In this document: positions 1 to 15,100 of the stretch, piece by piece
Layout of the letters: each line of letters opens with the position of its first letter
Numbering within the stretch: the first letter of the stretch is position 1
Translations under genes and position numbers: made by a program
Assembly (NCBI GenBank): GCA_002633005.1
Contig: NMRA01000169.1
Location: forward strand, 599,387-663,386
Origin: Phoronis australis
Taxonomy: Eukaryota > Animalia > Phoronida
DNA length: 64,000 nucleotides
Direction: 5' to 3'
Notes under the pieces: model-generated
Seen by the model: only the letters and a program-made list of their open reading frames with translations
Database searches by the model: none
Told to the model about the DNA's origin: nothing

Positions 1-2389
1 GATCTTCTGAGTGAGTTCAGAGGAGTTTAGCTACCCCCCCCCTCGGTACTGTTGTGATATCAATAAAACCACAGCTCTGCTACTGCACTTAGCCATAAAG
101 AATGGAATTCCTACCACATTTGAAATAAAACTGATTTATACACTTGCTAAGATATTTTGCAATCTGTATAGAAATTGATTTTGTGGTTTATTCAATCACT
201 TTCAAGCCATGGTGAATTAAATTCCTTTCCCCCTCCAGTTTTATGTCAGCTAATGTTGACCAATTAAAATGACTCCTTCATTGATAAGATTGCAATCTCC
301 ATTTCTCCAATTTCTTCAGCCTCCAGTTCAATGCTGGTTCCATCGGTTGCCATAGCTTCAGTTGCCCCATGCTGTTATGCCAGTGAGTTGAATTGATCAG
401 TATCAATGGCATTGGAACTAATGTCTTTATGAATGCCAGTATGACTATAGTGAATATATTCGCATTAAAATTCCATGTACTTTACATTCAATGCACGGTT
501 GGGTTCTTGCAATCAGTCGTCTTCATTCTGTTGGCAGTTGGAAGTACTGTTTGCTCAGCCATGATCCAATCTAATCCACTTCAGTGTTGACATGTTAAGA
601 AGTTGTTCAAAGCCACTCTCAGCTATAACGTGGGTTTTCTCAAGTTGGTACAAATAATTATATCAGAATATGTTTGATTAGAGCGTGCATTTGATAATAT
701 TTTTCCATTTTTTGCCAATCCCATGGCTGGCAGCTTGTGATGAAACCCACTGTTCTTCACAAATAACATCCAACCCTTGTGACTTATGTGGATTGTTCCA
801 TCCTGTCACCCCTGTGGTGCTGGCACAAATGGACCGGTCGAATCTCAAGTTCTGTGCAGCATGATAAGAGATTCAACACAACTTCACAAGAACTAACCAA
901 GTTCGCTTTTCGTAAGAGTTGAGATTTCTTGGCTGCACCATCGTGACTCATTCGAGAGACATGACCGCAGGTAAACTAAGATGATGCATGAAAAAACCGT
1001 TGATTTTGTTTTAAATCTGATTATGCACTGTAGCTTGGTAATATTCTATGCTTCTCAGGTATTTTAATGTCTTTTTGGTCACCCTTCTCTTATCTTGGAT
1101 TTGTGAGTTTTCATTGACTGACACTGACAGTTCTTAGAATTGACAGGAATTTCCTCTTTCCAGTGTTGACCCATTAAAGAACACAAAGGTTAGGCAAAGT
1201 TCACTTCAGTAAAAAATGAGGTTCATTTCTATTTACCCAGTCATACACATGTTGTAATTGTCATTATGGTCACCTGACATATTTGTGCTTGGGTTACTCA
1301 GTGTTATTCAAAAGTAATACTCAGGCTGAGCTCAGATATAGGGCTGAGTCATCCTGTGATTATGGATGTTTATATTTGTTGTTTTTGAGTCACAGTGTGA
1401 TAGACGTTTGTTATTGTCAGTGGGATCAAGTGGTCTGTGGGTGTGTGATTTAGTGAATTTACTGTGGAAGCTGACTAAAGTTACCAGTTATTTGGCATAC
1501 AAACATATTTACTAGACGGATTTTACTTGGGCAGGAATTTGTGTCTAAAAAGCCTGTGATGTTGGTTAGGAATCAGGCCTTGTGAATCGGATTGCATATT
1601 GCGAAGGAGTCCATGATGAGGAATCCTGCGGAGTCTGTGTTGAATTTTCCCTCCATTTTGCCGCAAGCCACGGATAAGAATCTCGTGAAATGGTCGAAAA
1701 TACTGCTAAGATCATGGTTAGTGAGAAAATCTAGTTTGTACTCATCGCTGTTCACCTTTGGGTTTATCAAGTTGGGAATTTTGTTTTTCGTCATAATATG
1801 AGTGAGTTTTGGTAACTTGATATTACTCGGCCAATGTTGTTCATTTCTCAAGAGCTACTTGTCACCATTCAGAGAGTTATTGAGTTTTTATGCGTCAATT
1901 GTGTTGCATACCTCAAATGTTTGTGATCCAATTGTATGCAATATGTACCAGTGGTACTCAGATACGCTACTCGATAAGCTGTTGATTGGCTGAAACAATA
2001 GGTTGGTAATGAAAGGTTGCGTAGAAGAAACATTCATGCCCTTTGAAGTGGGGTAAAAAAATGTTTACCAGCCTTGACAGGGTAGATCTTAACTCAGCAC
2101 TGGATTGTGTGATATTTTCTTTGCCTTATTCAAAAGGTTATCTGATTCCTACAATTTGCTGGGCTGCTGTTGAAAGTTTTGTATCCTAAGCTGTCCATAG
2201 TAAGTTTGTAGGTTATATCTGCTCCTGAAATTCCAAGCAAGAGATGTATATGCCAGGTAAGCTGTTTGTTTAGATGTGGTACAGGCGTGTGTAAAGCTTC
2301 TTTGATCTCCAATCTTGTGTATTTTTGTTAGCTGTCTGGCGTCTAATGGCTGATGTCCGTATACCTCAAAATACTAAATTTTGCCTACG

Positions 2390-2460
2390 GTAAACAGAAT
2401 ACGACCAGTAAACAGAATCCGACTGGTACACAGAATATGACCGGTACACAGAATATGACC
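2390..2460. repeat. 18-bp tandem repeat, ~4 copies
   Basis: gta(a/c)acagaata(c/t)gacc(a/g). Confidence 0.8.
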
Positions 2461-3385
2461 AACAGCTGAAATTTTATTTTCTTGCTTTTCGAAGTAAGAC
2501 ATAAAGCTCACCATTCAATGTTCATGCTCTGTATATTAACTATCCACCATGACACGGAATTGTGAAAACTTGTGGCACTCTCAACTATATTAGAACACCT
2601 TAAAAAATGATAAAAGAGTAATTTTGGCAATTATTTCTGTACAAAATTCTCTGATTGTCGTAACTGACATAAAAACTGAGCAAAACTGTGTGAAACATAT
2701 GAAGACCAATATTGGCATATAACTGTAGTAAAAACTAAACGTTGTGAGCATTGTTCTTTCTCAAGTTTGTGAAAGACTTGGAGTAAAGAGCACTGCTCAA
2801 AAAAAGTTGCTTCTTAATTACAATTTTACATCAAGTTTTATCTTCTTAGATTTTACACAGTTTGCACTGCTTATATAGTGGTTCTATTGAAGGAAATGTG
2901 TCGACTTTGGTTGGAAGTCTCCTGGATGGACATGTTGGGAAGCCGTGTTGTGTTATTCTCAACACAGACAACTGATCTACCCTATGTACTGTGGCCAGAA
3001 ACCCTTGCGTTCACATGAACTTGATAGACTTTTGATAGCACTATTTCTCTGTATTCTTCTTTCGTCATCGTTATTGTCATCGGTTATCATCATCTTAGCT
3101 TTATTTACCAAGTGCACTGGTTTTAGTTCTTTTCACCATTGTGGGGTGAGTCTGGGTGAAATACATTACCACCCTTTGTTGTGAACTGTTCAACTGACAT
3201 AAACTGTTAACTGCTTCCTGTTGATTACAACCAGTGACTGCCTATAAATATTTTTGATTTTCAAGTCTACTGTCGGGGGTTATCGGAAAAAAGAGGAAAT
3301 TGGGTGGTTATCGTGAATTTGAGGCTGACAGAAGTTGATTCCCTACGTGCGCGCTTGCACTTGGGGTACTTAAAAACTCTTTTGG

Positions 3386-3495
3386 GGTAATAGTTGGATA
3401 TAACAGGAGTGCATTTTGAGAACCAGTTTTCTCCACTGAATAATGGGCATTAAACCGGTTCTCAAAATGTGGGTACGCTATATGCAACTATTGCC
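3386..3495. mobile_element. ~110-bp palindromic MITE-like element, copy 1
   Basis: Arms ggtaatagttg..cattttgagaaccagttt / aaaccggttctcaaaatg..caactattgcc; related copies at 20159, 30309 and 52426. Confidence 0.7.
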
Positions 3496-6400
3496 ATCTT
3501 TTGGTGCCGTCGAGTGACCTGACGTTTGCCATTTTATGAACGGCTTTGGTATTTATACTCAAATGTTTCTGTACCAATCACACCTAAGATCCACATTTGG
3601 CTTGTATTGATCTTTACTGTTGGAAGGGAAACTTATTTCTATTTGACTTTGTTATACAATGCAAATAACTCCAAAAACAGGCAAAACGAGGAATGTCTTT
3701 AAAGTTTATGTTTGCTTCCCTGATATCGATTCGGAGAACGTTAACAATTGCCTCTGCAGTTACGATATCTGTTTTTTAAGAAAAGAAAACTCCTTGATTT
3801 TTTGTAAACATACACTTTGTTTTGACTTGTTTTGGTGTTTGTGTCCAAATGAAAATGAGGCATATCAAAAAATATTACTTCACAGGGATATTCTTGACCA
3901 GGTCGAACCTGTGCCCTTTGGACACACTTTATGATAAAAAGTGTGCCTATTTTCAAATAGCTGTGCCCTGCAGACTTGTGTATTGTAATTAAAGTGGTAA
4001 CATATGAAACAGAAATCTTAAGGGCAATTGAAATAAAAACAGAGTCATGTTTTATCTGACTGGCTCTACGTTGACTAGAATTCGGCATTTTTTGGAAGCG
4101 TTTTGGATTTTAAAAGATGCCCCTGGAGGCCGCACTGTTGCAATTTATTTGCAACTTGTAATTTTTTATGCGCTAGTGGTGCAAAGGTGCAGTCCTGGAA
4201 TATCCTGGAATATCCCTGCTTCATAACAATGTGATGTAGTGGATGGTGGTTGGACAATCACGGAAACAGTTGCTTTTGTCTTCATGTTTTAGTCATTGAA
4301 CGAGATAATGAGATTTCCATTCAGTGTGAAAGGCTGATTGGAGGTGAAAGATGAGGAAATATTGAGTACTTAATAATTGATAGAGCATTTATGATATTAG
4401 TGATAGAGCTCTGTGGGTGTGTTCACTGCAACTAGATACTGGTGTGGCACTGTTTGATGTAAGGTGATCTTGGAGTAAAATGGAGTAACCCTGGAGTAAC
4501 ATAAGATCTGACAGAGGCCATTAATAAGTAAACACAGACACCCAGTGTTTACATTATAACTGGGAACAAGTCGATACAGCCTTATGGGCTTCAGTTGCTT
4601 CACGTGGATTGGACTAAACCCAGTACTGAAAGAACTGAATTATGGGAGTAGTGTTGGTGGACTTACTAAGTTTACTCTTTCCTGTTTCCTGCACACTGGA
4701 AGATTTTCTGCAGACTGCACTAACCCTGACTAAACTGTGAGAAAGTCTCATTACTATATATACCATTTGAGTGTAGATTGACATCATCGAAGGCAGTTGA
4801 CGTCTTTCTAGCTCAAGCAAATACCATTGCCATTATTAGTCTGACTATTCCATCATTATGTCAACGAAATAGAAAACTAAACTCCATTATAGTCAGTGTA
4901 GGTGTGGGTTAAATGGAAGTATACATGGGGTTTATGGGGAGGTCAGCCATGCCAACAGGAGGCAGCACAGATGGCAGACTAACTCTTCCCTTGTCTGGGT
5001 CAACTATTTCACTACAAGTACCTTGCGTGTTTTCTACAAGAACCTTGCGGAAACACAAGATTACACAACCCTGCTCGAGATATCGTCATGCACGACGAGC
5101 AAAGCACGTGACCACGTTTACTTCCTTTGTAAGATTATTGTGTTTACGGAACTGACAGCCTTGGCAAATTACTCGACTCAGTGAATTCTCGATATCAATA
5201 TATCCGTCCACTCATTGGTGCTAATGTGCTGTAGCTCTGATATTTGAATAGAGGACATTAGACTTCCCACTTTCACAAACCGACCTAACCAATTTACGTT
5301 GTGATCTGAAAACAGTCAAGTAATCTTTAAGACCAGTAATTAGTTATGCTGACAATTCTGTCACTAAACATTCGATTGACCACTGCAAGAGGCAAGTTAT
5401 TTGTAATCTTAATGAAAAAGTCAGCACCAAGTTGATTGCACCGCTGTTATCAATCTCCTTAATCTCGAGTGATAGTAATTATTTCTTGCCTCAATTCTTG
5501 CCAGTTTTTTTCTCACATGGAGACTGTCATCTTATAGTTTGTGTTATGCGATGGAAGTGAGTTTGCCGCATTTCTAATCTCGTCAGTGTAGTACACGATA
5601 TGGCCGGTAGGTGCAATTTCATTTTCTCCTTTTTCCATGAATGATATTTTTTACTTGGCTTTGTAGCTGAAAAATATTCAAGAGACACTTTGCAAGCGGG
5701 GTGCTCACATTGCCACTCTGTAGCTCTTGTGACACTGCAGTTGACCAATTTGAGTACACGCATGCAGGGATCATTTGCGAATGTGAGTTGACTTATGATA
5801 TTGGCCACTGACTCACTGTAACATGATGGAACCCCCTCACTTTAAAGACAGGGACAAACATTCACAATAGGCCTGAGCATGGCATATATTGCAGATGTCA
5901 TTTTTCTCTGTCCTGCTTGAAAGACTGGTGTTCTGGGCTATGCATGCTTCCCCCCTCAATTCACCGTCTGTGTCTAGATTATTGAAGAAGTCCCAGTCTT
6001 CTCATTTGTGGCAGTGTCAGCCTTGTTTTGTGAAGACCTCAACACATAGCAGTCTTATTAACTCATGCTGGTGTAGTTTCTGCTTCAGTTATGGAATTTT
6101 AATTGGTCAGCTAACCTGGCCTGTGTAATATTGTGTAATCCTGTCTTGGTCCAATAGTAGGGTAGTGAAGTACATGTCTGTGGTTACTTGTGATGGCCAA
6201 TGTGGTTGCAGGTAAGGTACAGAATTTACAATGATAACATCTGGACCCACTCTAAATGGACCCACTCTAAATTGCCACAGCCGACCTAACTGTTGAGGTT
6301 GTACATTGTAAGAACTTTTTAGCATGGTCACGGATATTTTTGATGTTTGACATTTTTGTTTGAATATCTCGTAGTACAACAGTGGTAAATTACAGCATGG

Positions 6401-7778
6401 AGATCGCAAAGAATTCATAAAAAAAACAAGAAATATTGCAGCCAACGACATGTTGTATTTCATTGTTTCTCTGCTATATCTGAAATTGGCTTTGTTTAGA
6501 TTATCACATAAGCCAACATCTGTCAAAGAAACTTGACTATTTTGGCTAGAGACCAGTGTGGGGCCTTTGCAATAAAACTGATAACAGGTTCTTAGGGTAG
6601 ATGAGAAGTGGTTTCCGGGCTTGAAAAATGTTGTTATTTATTGCCTGGGATCACAGCTTGGTACTCTGACAAGCCAACTATGCATGCCTGGGACCACTAG
6701 CTCAGTACAGAAAGTGGACCACTCTCAGGCCAACCTGCAGAGCATAATGACAAGTCCAAGTACAAGTACAAAAATCACCTCCAATTTGACTATTTTAGTC
6801 CAGTTTTGTGGCATAAGCTTGGTATTAAAGATTTGTTTGAGATAAAAGGTAGATTTATAGCATTTTTTTCTTATACAATGTGTAATCATTGCTGCAAGGA
6901 GTGACCTAGTGTTGTGGCCCCGTGTAGTAGTAAACATGTGGACTTCTGTTGTGGACATTGTTGAGAAATATGTCTCTGTGTCTGCTGCCATTGTTCAGAA
7001 CATGATTTTCTGTACCTGGAAATTTTGAATCAAAGATGGCACCATCATTTCAAAGCTTTCTCTGTAATACCTAAGATAAAGCATCCTCTGTTTTGATTAA
7101 TAAATGAGTAGCTTGTTTTAATTATGCGATGAAAACCTTAATCCATTATCTCCTCTGCGATATCAAGTCGTTAGAAATAAACGTATTATCTTTTTTCTTT
7201 TCTTAACAAATGGAGAAAGGAACTATTGATAATCAATTTGACTATGAAGGTTTGCTGAGGTATACTGTACTGAGATATGATTGCCCGACTTCTTCTCAAG
7301 CACTGTGCAGTAATTATTCATAATCAATGCTGTCACAGCACGTTAGCAGTGATAACCTTTACCAACTAAATGGCCGCCTTCAGGTCTCACAGACCAACTC
7401 GTTTCTGTTTTTGTCATTTTGCTGGTGTTGAAATTGAACTTAGTTCCTCTTAAGTTCCTCAAATCTTAAGGCCAAATCGGAAATCTATTCTTCCCTGTTT
7501 GCGTCTCCGTGTGGGGGTGGCAGTCTGGCATTCATGACGTATATGAGTACATATATTAAGGAATGGGGTTACACACTGCACACACTCCAGATAGTAACAA
7601 TTGTATCTCGGCGTTTTTTTTTTTGCGATCGTCAACATTCAGCAGTTCAACCGTTCACTGCAGTTAGATGAAGAAAAATTTGTTTTTGAAGAACAGTCTG
7701 GATCCAGAATGAGTAATTGAAAACATGTTGTTCCGTAGATCTGGTAAATAAATGTTAGTGTTGTAGAGATGTCCTGTT

Positions 7779-7896
7779 CACTATCTCAAATGGATAGGAA
7801 AGTATACACTGTTATTGACAATAGTTGTACACCAGTACACTATCTCAAATGGATAGGAAAGTATACACTGTTATTGACAATAGTTGTACACCAGTA
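7779..7896. repeat. 59-bp tandem duplication
   Basis: cactatctcaaatggatagg..gttgtacaccagta x2. Confidence 0.9.
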
Positions 7897-10800
7897 GTAC
7901 TTCTTTGTAATTTACGAAGACCTTCACAGTTTTATGTTGTGTCCTGCGCTTAGCAATTAAAGAACTAATCTACGTGAATTAGGAAAATATCACAATTTTA
8001 TTAGTCGCTGTTATTTTCACAAATGGAAGAAATATAACGTTTAGTATTCATGAGCTAAGGCAATCAGGGAGCAGTGCTCAAGGACCCAGCTTCTATCTGA
8101 ATGTGTGAGAGAAATGATTCACTGAGGAGTAGACATGCTGCAGGAGACTGCTGAATGTATCAGCATACTGGCCTGTGTAAACCTGAGTGTCTCTGCAAAC
8201 ACACAGGAGTTGTAATCTTATGACTGCTTAGACTCAGTGACCACATTTTTACAAGTCACAATAGACTTGCACTTCCCAGTGTAAACAGCGAAGTATTTGT
8301 GGCTTAACACTTCAAAGTGTGTGCACAGGACATTTTTGAAGGTTCTGGGTGTTGCATTGTTGAGCCAAAGGTAAATACAAACCACTCATTGATTTTAAAT
8401 AATACTGTTGCCCACAATATATATCTTTTCAGAATTATTTGGCGGGAATAGGACAAAAAATCTATTAGGGTCAGTGCACTAGAAGGCAGTAGGATGGGAG
8501 GGAGTATTTGTGATGGACTGCTGTTATGTCTGATTGATATTGGTGTACACCTGGGGGGGCATTTTTAAATCTGCTTGCAAAAAATCAAAAGGTCTGTATC
8601 ACTACTGTTGTGTATGGTATAATATATTACAGCAGCCATAAATTAGGTCTCATCAGGTCTCTATGTACCAGCTTCCATGCAGTTCTTGTCCAGCACCTGC
8701 CAAGTGTGAACTTATCATCTCAATGCTTCTGGTCATGTTGGTGTTGGTGTTTGTGTTGTATGTAAACCCCCTCCCCCAGCTGTTATCAAGTGATAAAGTA
8801 CTTCTTTGCAGCCTTTGCCCCCAGTTGCATAGTACCCTGATACTGGAGTAGCCTGACACAGGTCTGTTGTCTGCTGTGACAGTGGAAGTGTGCTTGCTGT
8901 TCACTATTGGGAATAATAGATTATAGTGTTATCATGTACACTACATGTGGAAAGAAATTGGTCAATAAATTGCAAAACCTTACCGATTTCAGACAAAATG
9001 ATTAAGCTCTCCTGTTTTGTTATCCCAATGTCTGCAATTTTTCAAAACTTATGATAAAATTTCAAGGCACTAACTTAGGCATGGTTTGGTGGACTACAGT
9101 GGATGTCTCATATTTTCTCATTTTTCATAAATGATATTTGTACCAAAGTGATGCTCTGCCAAAATCAAAATCACATTTTGTACTATAGATACCAACGGAC
9201 AATGATTTGAAAGTTTGTGGGCAATCACAACAACGTAATTTGTCTATTATTTTTGTCCGTAATTGGTATGGTCTGATGATACGGAACAGGGAATCACTTA
9301 TGGACTTGCTGCCATGTAGATTGAGCGTTGTTTGCGTAACATGATTATTATTTTTGTTATTTATTGTTATTGTTATTGTTATTGTTCCTACACGTTTCAC
9401 ACAATGGCACGTCTCAATGTTTTAATTTAATTTGAAAAAACAGGTCCTGAAATAAAGCAAAATTAAGTTGTCGACATTAATTTCTATTATTTATGTGGTT
9501 ATACTGTAGTCAGAATGGACATCATTCATGTTGTTTTTGGCTTTTATACACATTTGTAAATTATCTCGCTTTTAATTTGTCTATTTTTTACTCGCGACGT
9601 ACTCTGCATCATGCAGGATCTATGATGCTGCAAATTGCGAACAGAATTTGAAACTCGTGTCCACAAAGTCACTCATCTTGCCTCCCAGAATTCCAAGTTG
9701 ATTACTAAAGGCGTTGGCTCTTGGACTAGTAGGAGGGTAGTATTGAATCCTAACTTATTTGCTGGCAACTTTCTACTGTTCATCAACTGGAGATTGGCTA
9801 ATGGGTGGTTTTATGTCTGCTGTCTGTTTTCATAATGGCTCTAAAGTTGACATTTATAGGTTGATTTCCTCTTCACTTGGTTTGTTTCTTTGTGTGTAGG
9901 AACAACTTGAAATTCTCGTCTATCGCTGGCTTTCAGAATCAGCACTCAGTATGGTTCAATGGCAGTTTAGACCTGCATCTGGGACACCGATGTGCTTCTG
10001 ACTGGGAGTAATATAGTCGTAGGCTTGTGATGGGTGAAAGTGCAGAGCAACAATTATTGAAAATCATTTTACTTGTTTGTAGTTGTTACTGTCTTTTAAA
10101 GGATTTGACAAGGTTTGAGGTAAAATGTTTGAAATTCATCATTTCTATTGTAAAAGATTCGTGCTTGTTTTTTTACTATTGTCGGATTTTGCCGTTTTCA
10201 TAACTGTGGCAATGTGGGTCATTCTTGTGTTCACTTGAAAATCTTCATCCACCATTCGGAATGTTAGAATGTATCTTTAGTTCAACAAACATACAAACTT
10301 TTCATATGACTCAGTGTGTTTGTGGTGCCTGTTTATATGATAACAGCCCTCCTGTCATACTCTCCTATTCACCATAAGTTTGCTGTGTAAGTGATGTGAT
10401 GGTGCATTGGTTCAATGACATTTTGTCTAGTGATTTTGGGTGAGAAAGTAACGGCCTCTGTCTTGTCTAATAGCTAAATTTAGAAAAATCAACTGAAATC
10501 TTAATTCTTGCCGGTGAGGACGTGGTCTCACCACACGTGAGTCACACTCAAGACATGTGCTAAGTATTCCAGTCAGCACTTCGTGTATCATCCTCTCCAG
10601 TCTTGTGATGTGTTTCAGTCACCCGTACATTCAGGCTCGTGGAACAGTCCAGTGACTGCACTCATAAATAGTTTGAGGGACCTCTATATCTTTTAGGAGG
10701 ACTGTGAATACTGAGCTGTCAGACCCAAAAATCAGTGGGATTACTGAGTAGACTATCTTGGAGGTTAAATAGCTTGGTCGTCACCTAAAAACAGTGGATC

Positions 10801-11908
10801 CATGCCTCTGAATCAGTCTGTGCATTGACTCTTTGTTGATGGAGTGGGGCTTAGATTCTAATTCCGTCCCCACCCGGCCCAGGTATTTACAGTATGGGTT
10901 TGAAAAAGGGACCCATTTGTTGGGAGAATCTATGAAAAGGTCAACCTTTTGTATTTTTTTCTTGAAACACCGTCCTTTTGTAGGGGTTAATTTCGTGAAC
11001 CTGACTGTTTTGTAGGGATTCTTTGAGAGCTGTCTTTAACGTAGTCAACTTGGAAGAGTACAAGAAGAGATGCCATGTTCTCCAACCAAAGCTTTAAAAA
11101 TGTCGATATATAAGGTTCATAGGGAATTTTCTCAGAATAGGCACCCATTCGTAGCAAAACTGGGCGTGAGATCAACTAATTGAGCGGCACATCCCATTTT
11201 CCTTGTTTACCCAGGCTTTGGTCAGACCTTCTGTGAGTCCCAGCCTGAAGGCCAATTGTTCACTTATTTAGCGCGCATCACGAGGAAATTTGATAAAATA
11301 GACTTTCAGCCCAGTCACTAGACCATTCCCCTGCCATGAGATTCTTTAGTATGAATCACACTGTATCATAGAGACCTGTGCTGGGTCATGCATACTGGGT
11401 TTGAAGAATGTTGTGCGATTAATGAATTCTAAACAGTCAATTATTGCTGTCTGCTAAAACAATACTTCTGGGGATGAAGTAACCTATAATATCCAGTCTG
11501 GTTTTTCGCAATGTTTGGTACGCTGAACTGTACGCATCAATTGCTGGCGAATGCAATTCCCGTAGGTTAGAGAAGCAATAGATTCTTCTCCCTAGGGATA
11601 ATGAACGTGAACAATGTATTTATTGGACACCCTTGCGTATAAGGCAATCTTTTTTGATGTTGTGTATGCTGTGCAAGAATCCATGCATGTGTGTGTGTGC
11701 ATGTTACATATCTCGATAGTTGTATCCAAGTGGGAAAGATTAAGAATTCACAACGATGTTTGAGGATAGAGTGTGACTGTATTGTTCACACACACAGGCA
11801 CACACATGCACCACCTTTCCCCCCTCACTGCTAACCGTATCAGTCGCATGTTCTTTTTTCCATTATCTCCTGTCATATTCACGTGTCCGCTTTTCTCCTT
11901 CTTTGCAG

Positions 11909-12124
11909 GAGTCTCATCAATACACGCATGAGAACATCGCTGTCTCATGAGTCATTATTCAATAGCACGTCACGCACTGTCGACCTAAGCGGCACCGACG
12001 TCGAGATCCGCCCCCTTCACAGCAGTATTCTGGGACAAGAGCACTGTTTCCAGGTGCTAACGAGTAACGGTAGCAAGTTCTACTCCTGTCGTTCCGCCGA
12101 GGAGCGAGAAAAGTGGATTGAATG
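11909..12124 (+). CDS. RASAL2: RasGAP exon (PH domain C-terminal part)
   Basis: ctttgcag| acceptor, |gtgagc donor; [41 protein letters not shown]. Confidence 0.92.
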
Positions 12125-15100
12125 GTGAGCAGTGTGGTGAATTGATATATTTGGGTCAACTGGAGGTCTATGCACCTCGAATAAAAATTAGCTCAGTTCA
12201 AACCTCACATTTGCGGCAAAATGAACTACGAGGATTTTGCTTGGTGAGGTGGTGAGACAATCATCTCACTTGTTGGCGTTCATTTACCTGATTAGTGTAA
12301 ATCTTTGCAGCGTGTGGGTGAGGTGAGATAAGTAATTAACCTATTACCTTCAGCAGTCAATTACATGTTAAGTTATTGCATTGCCTGGAAACAGTAAATT
12401 TCTAGCTGGCTTATTCTAACCGGCATGTACATAGCAGGTGCGGATCCAGAATTTTTTAAAAGGGGGTCATATCAAGAATTTTGTTTAAAGAGTGTGTCAA
12501 AGTCAACAATTTGAGAATTCTAGATTTGATAATAACTAAAATCAAGGGAAAAAGAGGAGTCTGGACCCTCTTGCGCCCCCTGAAGCCACCTATTCATGCT
12601 ACAACTGTAAGGACTGTGTGCATTTTGCTCACATCTAGTGGGTAACCTGCAATGAGCTATGAGCTGAATGTGTCTATAGTTTACCTATGCTTGCAGCTAT
12701 TTATTTGCTTTTGCCCTTAGTCAGTGTGTGGAACAGAAGACTTTCCCTCAGTTGAGATGATGGAACTTAATCAGGTTGGGCCTGATGACAACCGGTTTAT
12801 CAGCCTTCCCACATTCCGTCTAAGAAGCAAACCTTTGGTTTAGACTATCCACCGCTTTATAATTGGTCTCAACTTGTTCCTTACTCCTCCCCCTAATCTG
12901 ATACACAATTTGAGACCTCTTTCGTAAATGATAAGTGCTCTGAATAAAAAAAATGTGATGGAGGCAATGTTATAGCTACTTTAAATAAACACGTAGTCAT
13001 GACTAGAACGCAATGGCTTAGTTGACTGTGGTGGAGGAAAGCTGGCTGGTCCTAGCTGCCAGACACTGACGGAGGAGGGCTGGCTATTCATACTGCCAGA
13101 CAATGCTTTGACTAATTATGGGAATTCAAAACCATTTCAGGGCTTGGAATTTCCTCTTTTAAGAGGATTTCCTCTTTTTTATTTTCTAGTTCCTTTTTTT
13201 GTCATTTTCACTTTATTCATGCAAAAAAACGTTTAGCTATTAAATTTCACAACACAAAAAACACTTCTCTCACCTAAGCCTAGTTATTTGTGGAATTATA
13301 TGGTAATGTCACCTGGAAAATTTTCCTCTTTTTTGACATTGGTCATTCCGAGCCCTGTCACTGCGGTATTCAACATGCTGTGACTCATGCTCAAAGTTAA
13401 TTTTTTTTGTTTTTCCGCAGCCTACGTAAAACGATGCACCCAGGGCAAGAGCAGACTCGGCGTACGGACAACTCCCTCAAGCTGTGGGTGTTGGAGGCCA
13501 AGAACGTACAGCCTAAGAAGCGCTACTTCTGTGAGATATGTCTCGACCGCAATCTGTACGCACGCACCTCCACCAAACAAAAGGGGGACCTACTGTTCTG
13601 GGGAGAACACTTTGAGTTTCAGTGAGTATGCCAGATTCAGCTAGTTGAAGGTTTGTAGAGGGATACCTTTGTGGCAGCTCATATTGCTTTCCAAACTCTG
13701 TTACTTGAAAGTTTCCTAATAGATGTCTTTTTGACAGCTTTATCACTGAAACTGGAAGATCTTTTATATAGATGATTCTATAACTTTTACTTTTCATTAA
13801 CTGAGTTAGCACTGAAGGCACTCATGCATCTCTGGTGACTCTCTTTGTCAATATCCCACGAGAATATTTTATCGCGCCTGTCCAGCTGGATAACCTCAGT
13901 GCTATGAATTTTGGGGGTGTACGTTGAGCTGAATTCAAATGTCTTTCAAAATAGACTTTTTGGACATACATTGTAGTGAAGTTATTCAACATAATGTTCT
14001 CCCATAGGAGTTTAATAATCAGCTGTTATTGAAAATTTTATTGTCCTTGGTTCAACACTGCTCTTCAGTGGTGGAGTTACTAATCTCTGTAGGATGACAT
14101 TTGATTCTTTTACAGCAACCTACCTCCTGTAGACACAATCACCATTAATGTGTACAGAGAAGCTGACAAGAAGAAGAAAAAGGATAAAAATGTTTTAATA
14201 GGTGATTATACACATTTATGTAGTGTGAAGACTGTGTACCATAACCACTCCAATAACGGAACAAATCTGTTACATTTGACTGCAGTATGTGATGAACTAG
14301 CACCTATCGGCTGTTCAGTACTTCTAAGACTTGAATGGACGGACACAATATAGTAAATATAATATTCAACCAACACCGAGAATGGCTATTATAGTAACTT
14401 GAGTTGCTGGCCATAACCATCTTCAGTTCATAGAATTTTCCATTTTTTTCTGGCACACTGTTTTGTGTGTAGCGTGTACGCTCCACTCTGTTACAATTTT
14501 CGTGAACTCTATTAGAAGTAAGTGCAGTAGAGACAAAAGGTCTGTTGTCAACCCATATCCCTGTTGTCAACCCATATCCCTGTTGTCAACCCATATCCTT
14601 GTTGTCATAGCTTCATTGTGTTGCCCAGGTTACATCAACATCCCGGTGAGTGACATCAATTCTAGGCAGTTGGCTGAGCGATGGTACCCCGCCAGCTCAG
14701 GTCTCGTTGGCAAGGGAACGAAAGATGCGAAGACGGAGCAAGCGGTTGTACGTGTCAAGGCGCGTTACCAGGCGGTGGACATATTACCCATGGATCACTA
14801 TAATCCACTTGTTCAGGTACGGGAGTTTCTAAGTGCTGTATGACCTAATCAGTCATGGTCTTGCCAACATTTTTAAATGATTGAAAAATAGCATTTAAGT
14901 TTTGTTTCGTCTGAAGTTCAATGAAAAATTGTTGTAACTTTTGTCAGTAATTGAAAGCAAAATTTCTATTGAGTTTTTTGAGAAGTTTTCAATTACAGTT
15001 TGTCACAGCAATAATGTAAAGCATTTTATTAGACGAGAAAATTTTTTCACTTTTTACCTTAAAAGCATTACTGGTTCTGGTCTGTACCCCGAATCGTTTT

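Noticed and set aside
861-970. Candidate upstream RasGAP coding exon ending CAG|GTAAAC
   Set aside because: The frame compatible with the 11909 exon has a stop at 894 and no ATG, and there is no family similarity. At most a non-coding exon.
1573-1993. Cluster of overlapping 60-90 aa ORFs
   Set aside because: No recognisable motifs, splice-phase links or codon bias; consistent with chance ORFs.
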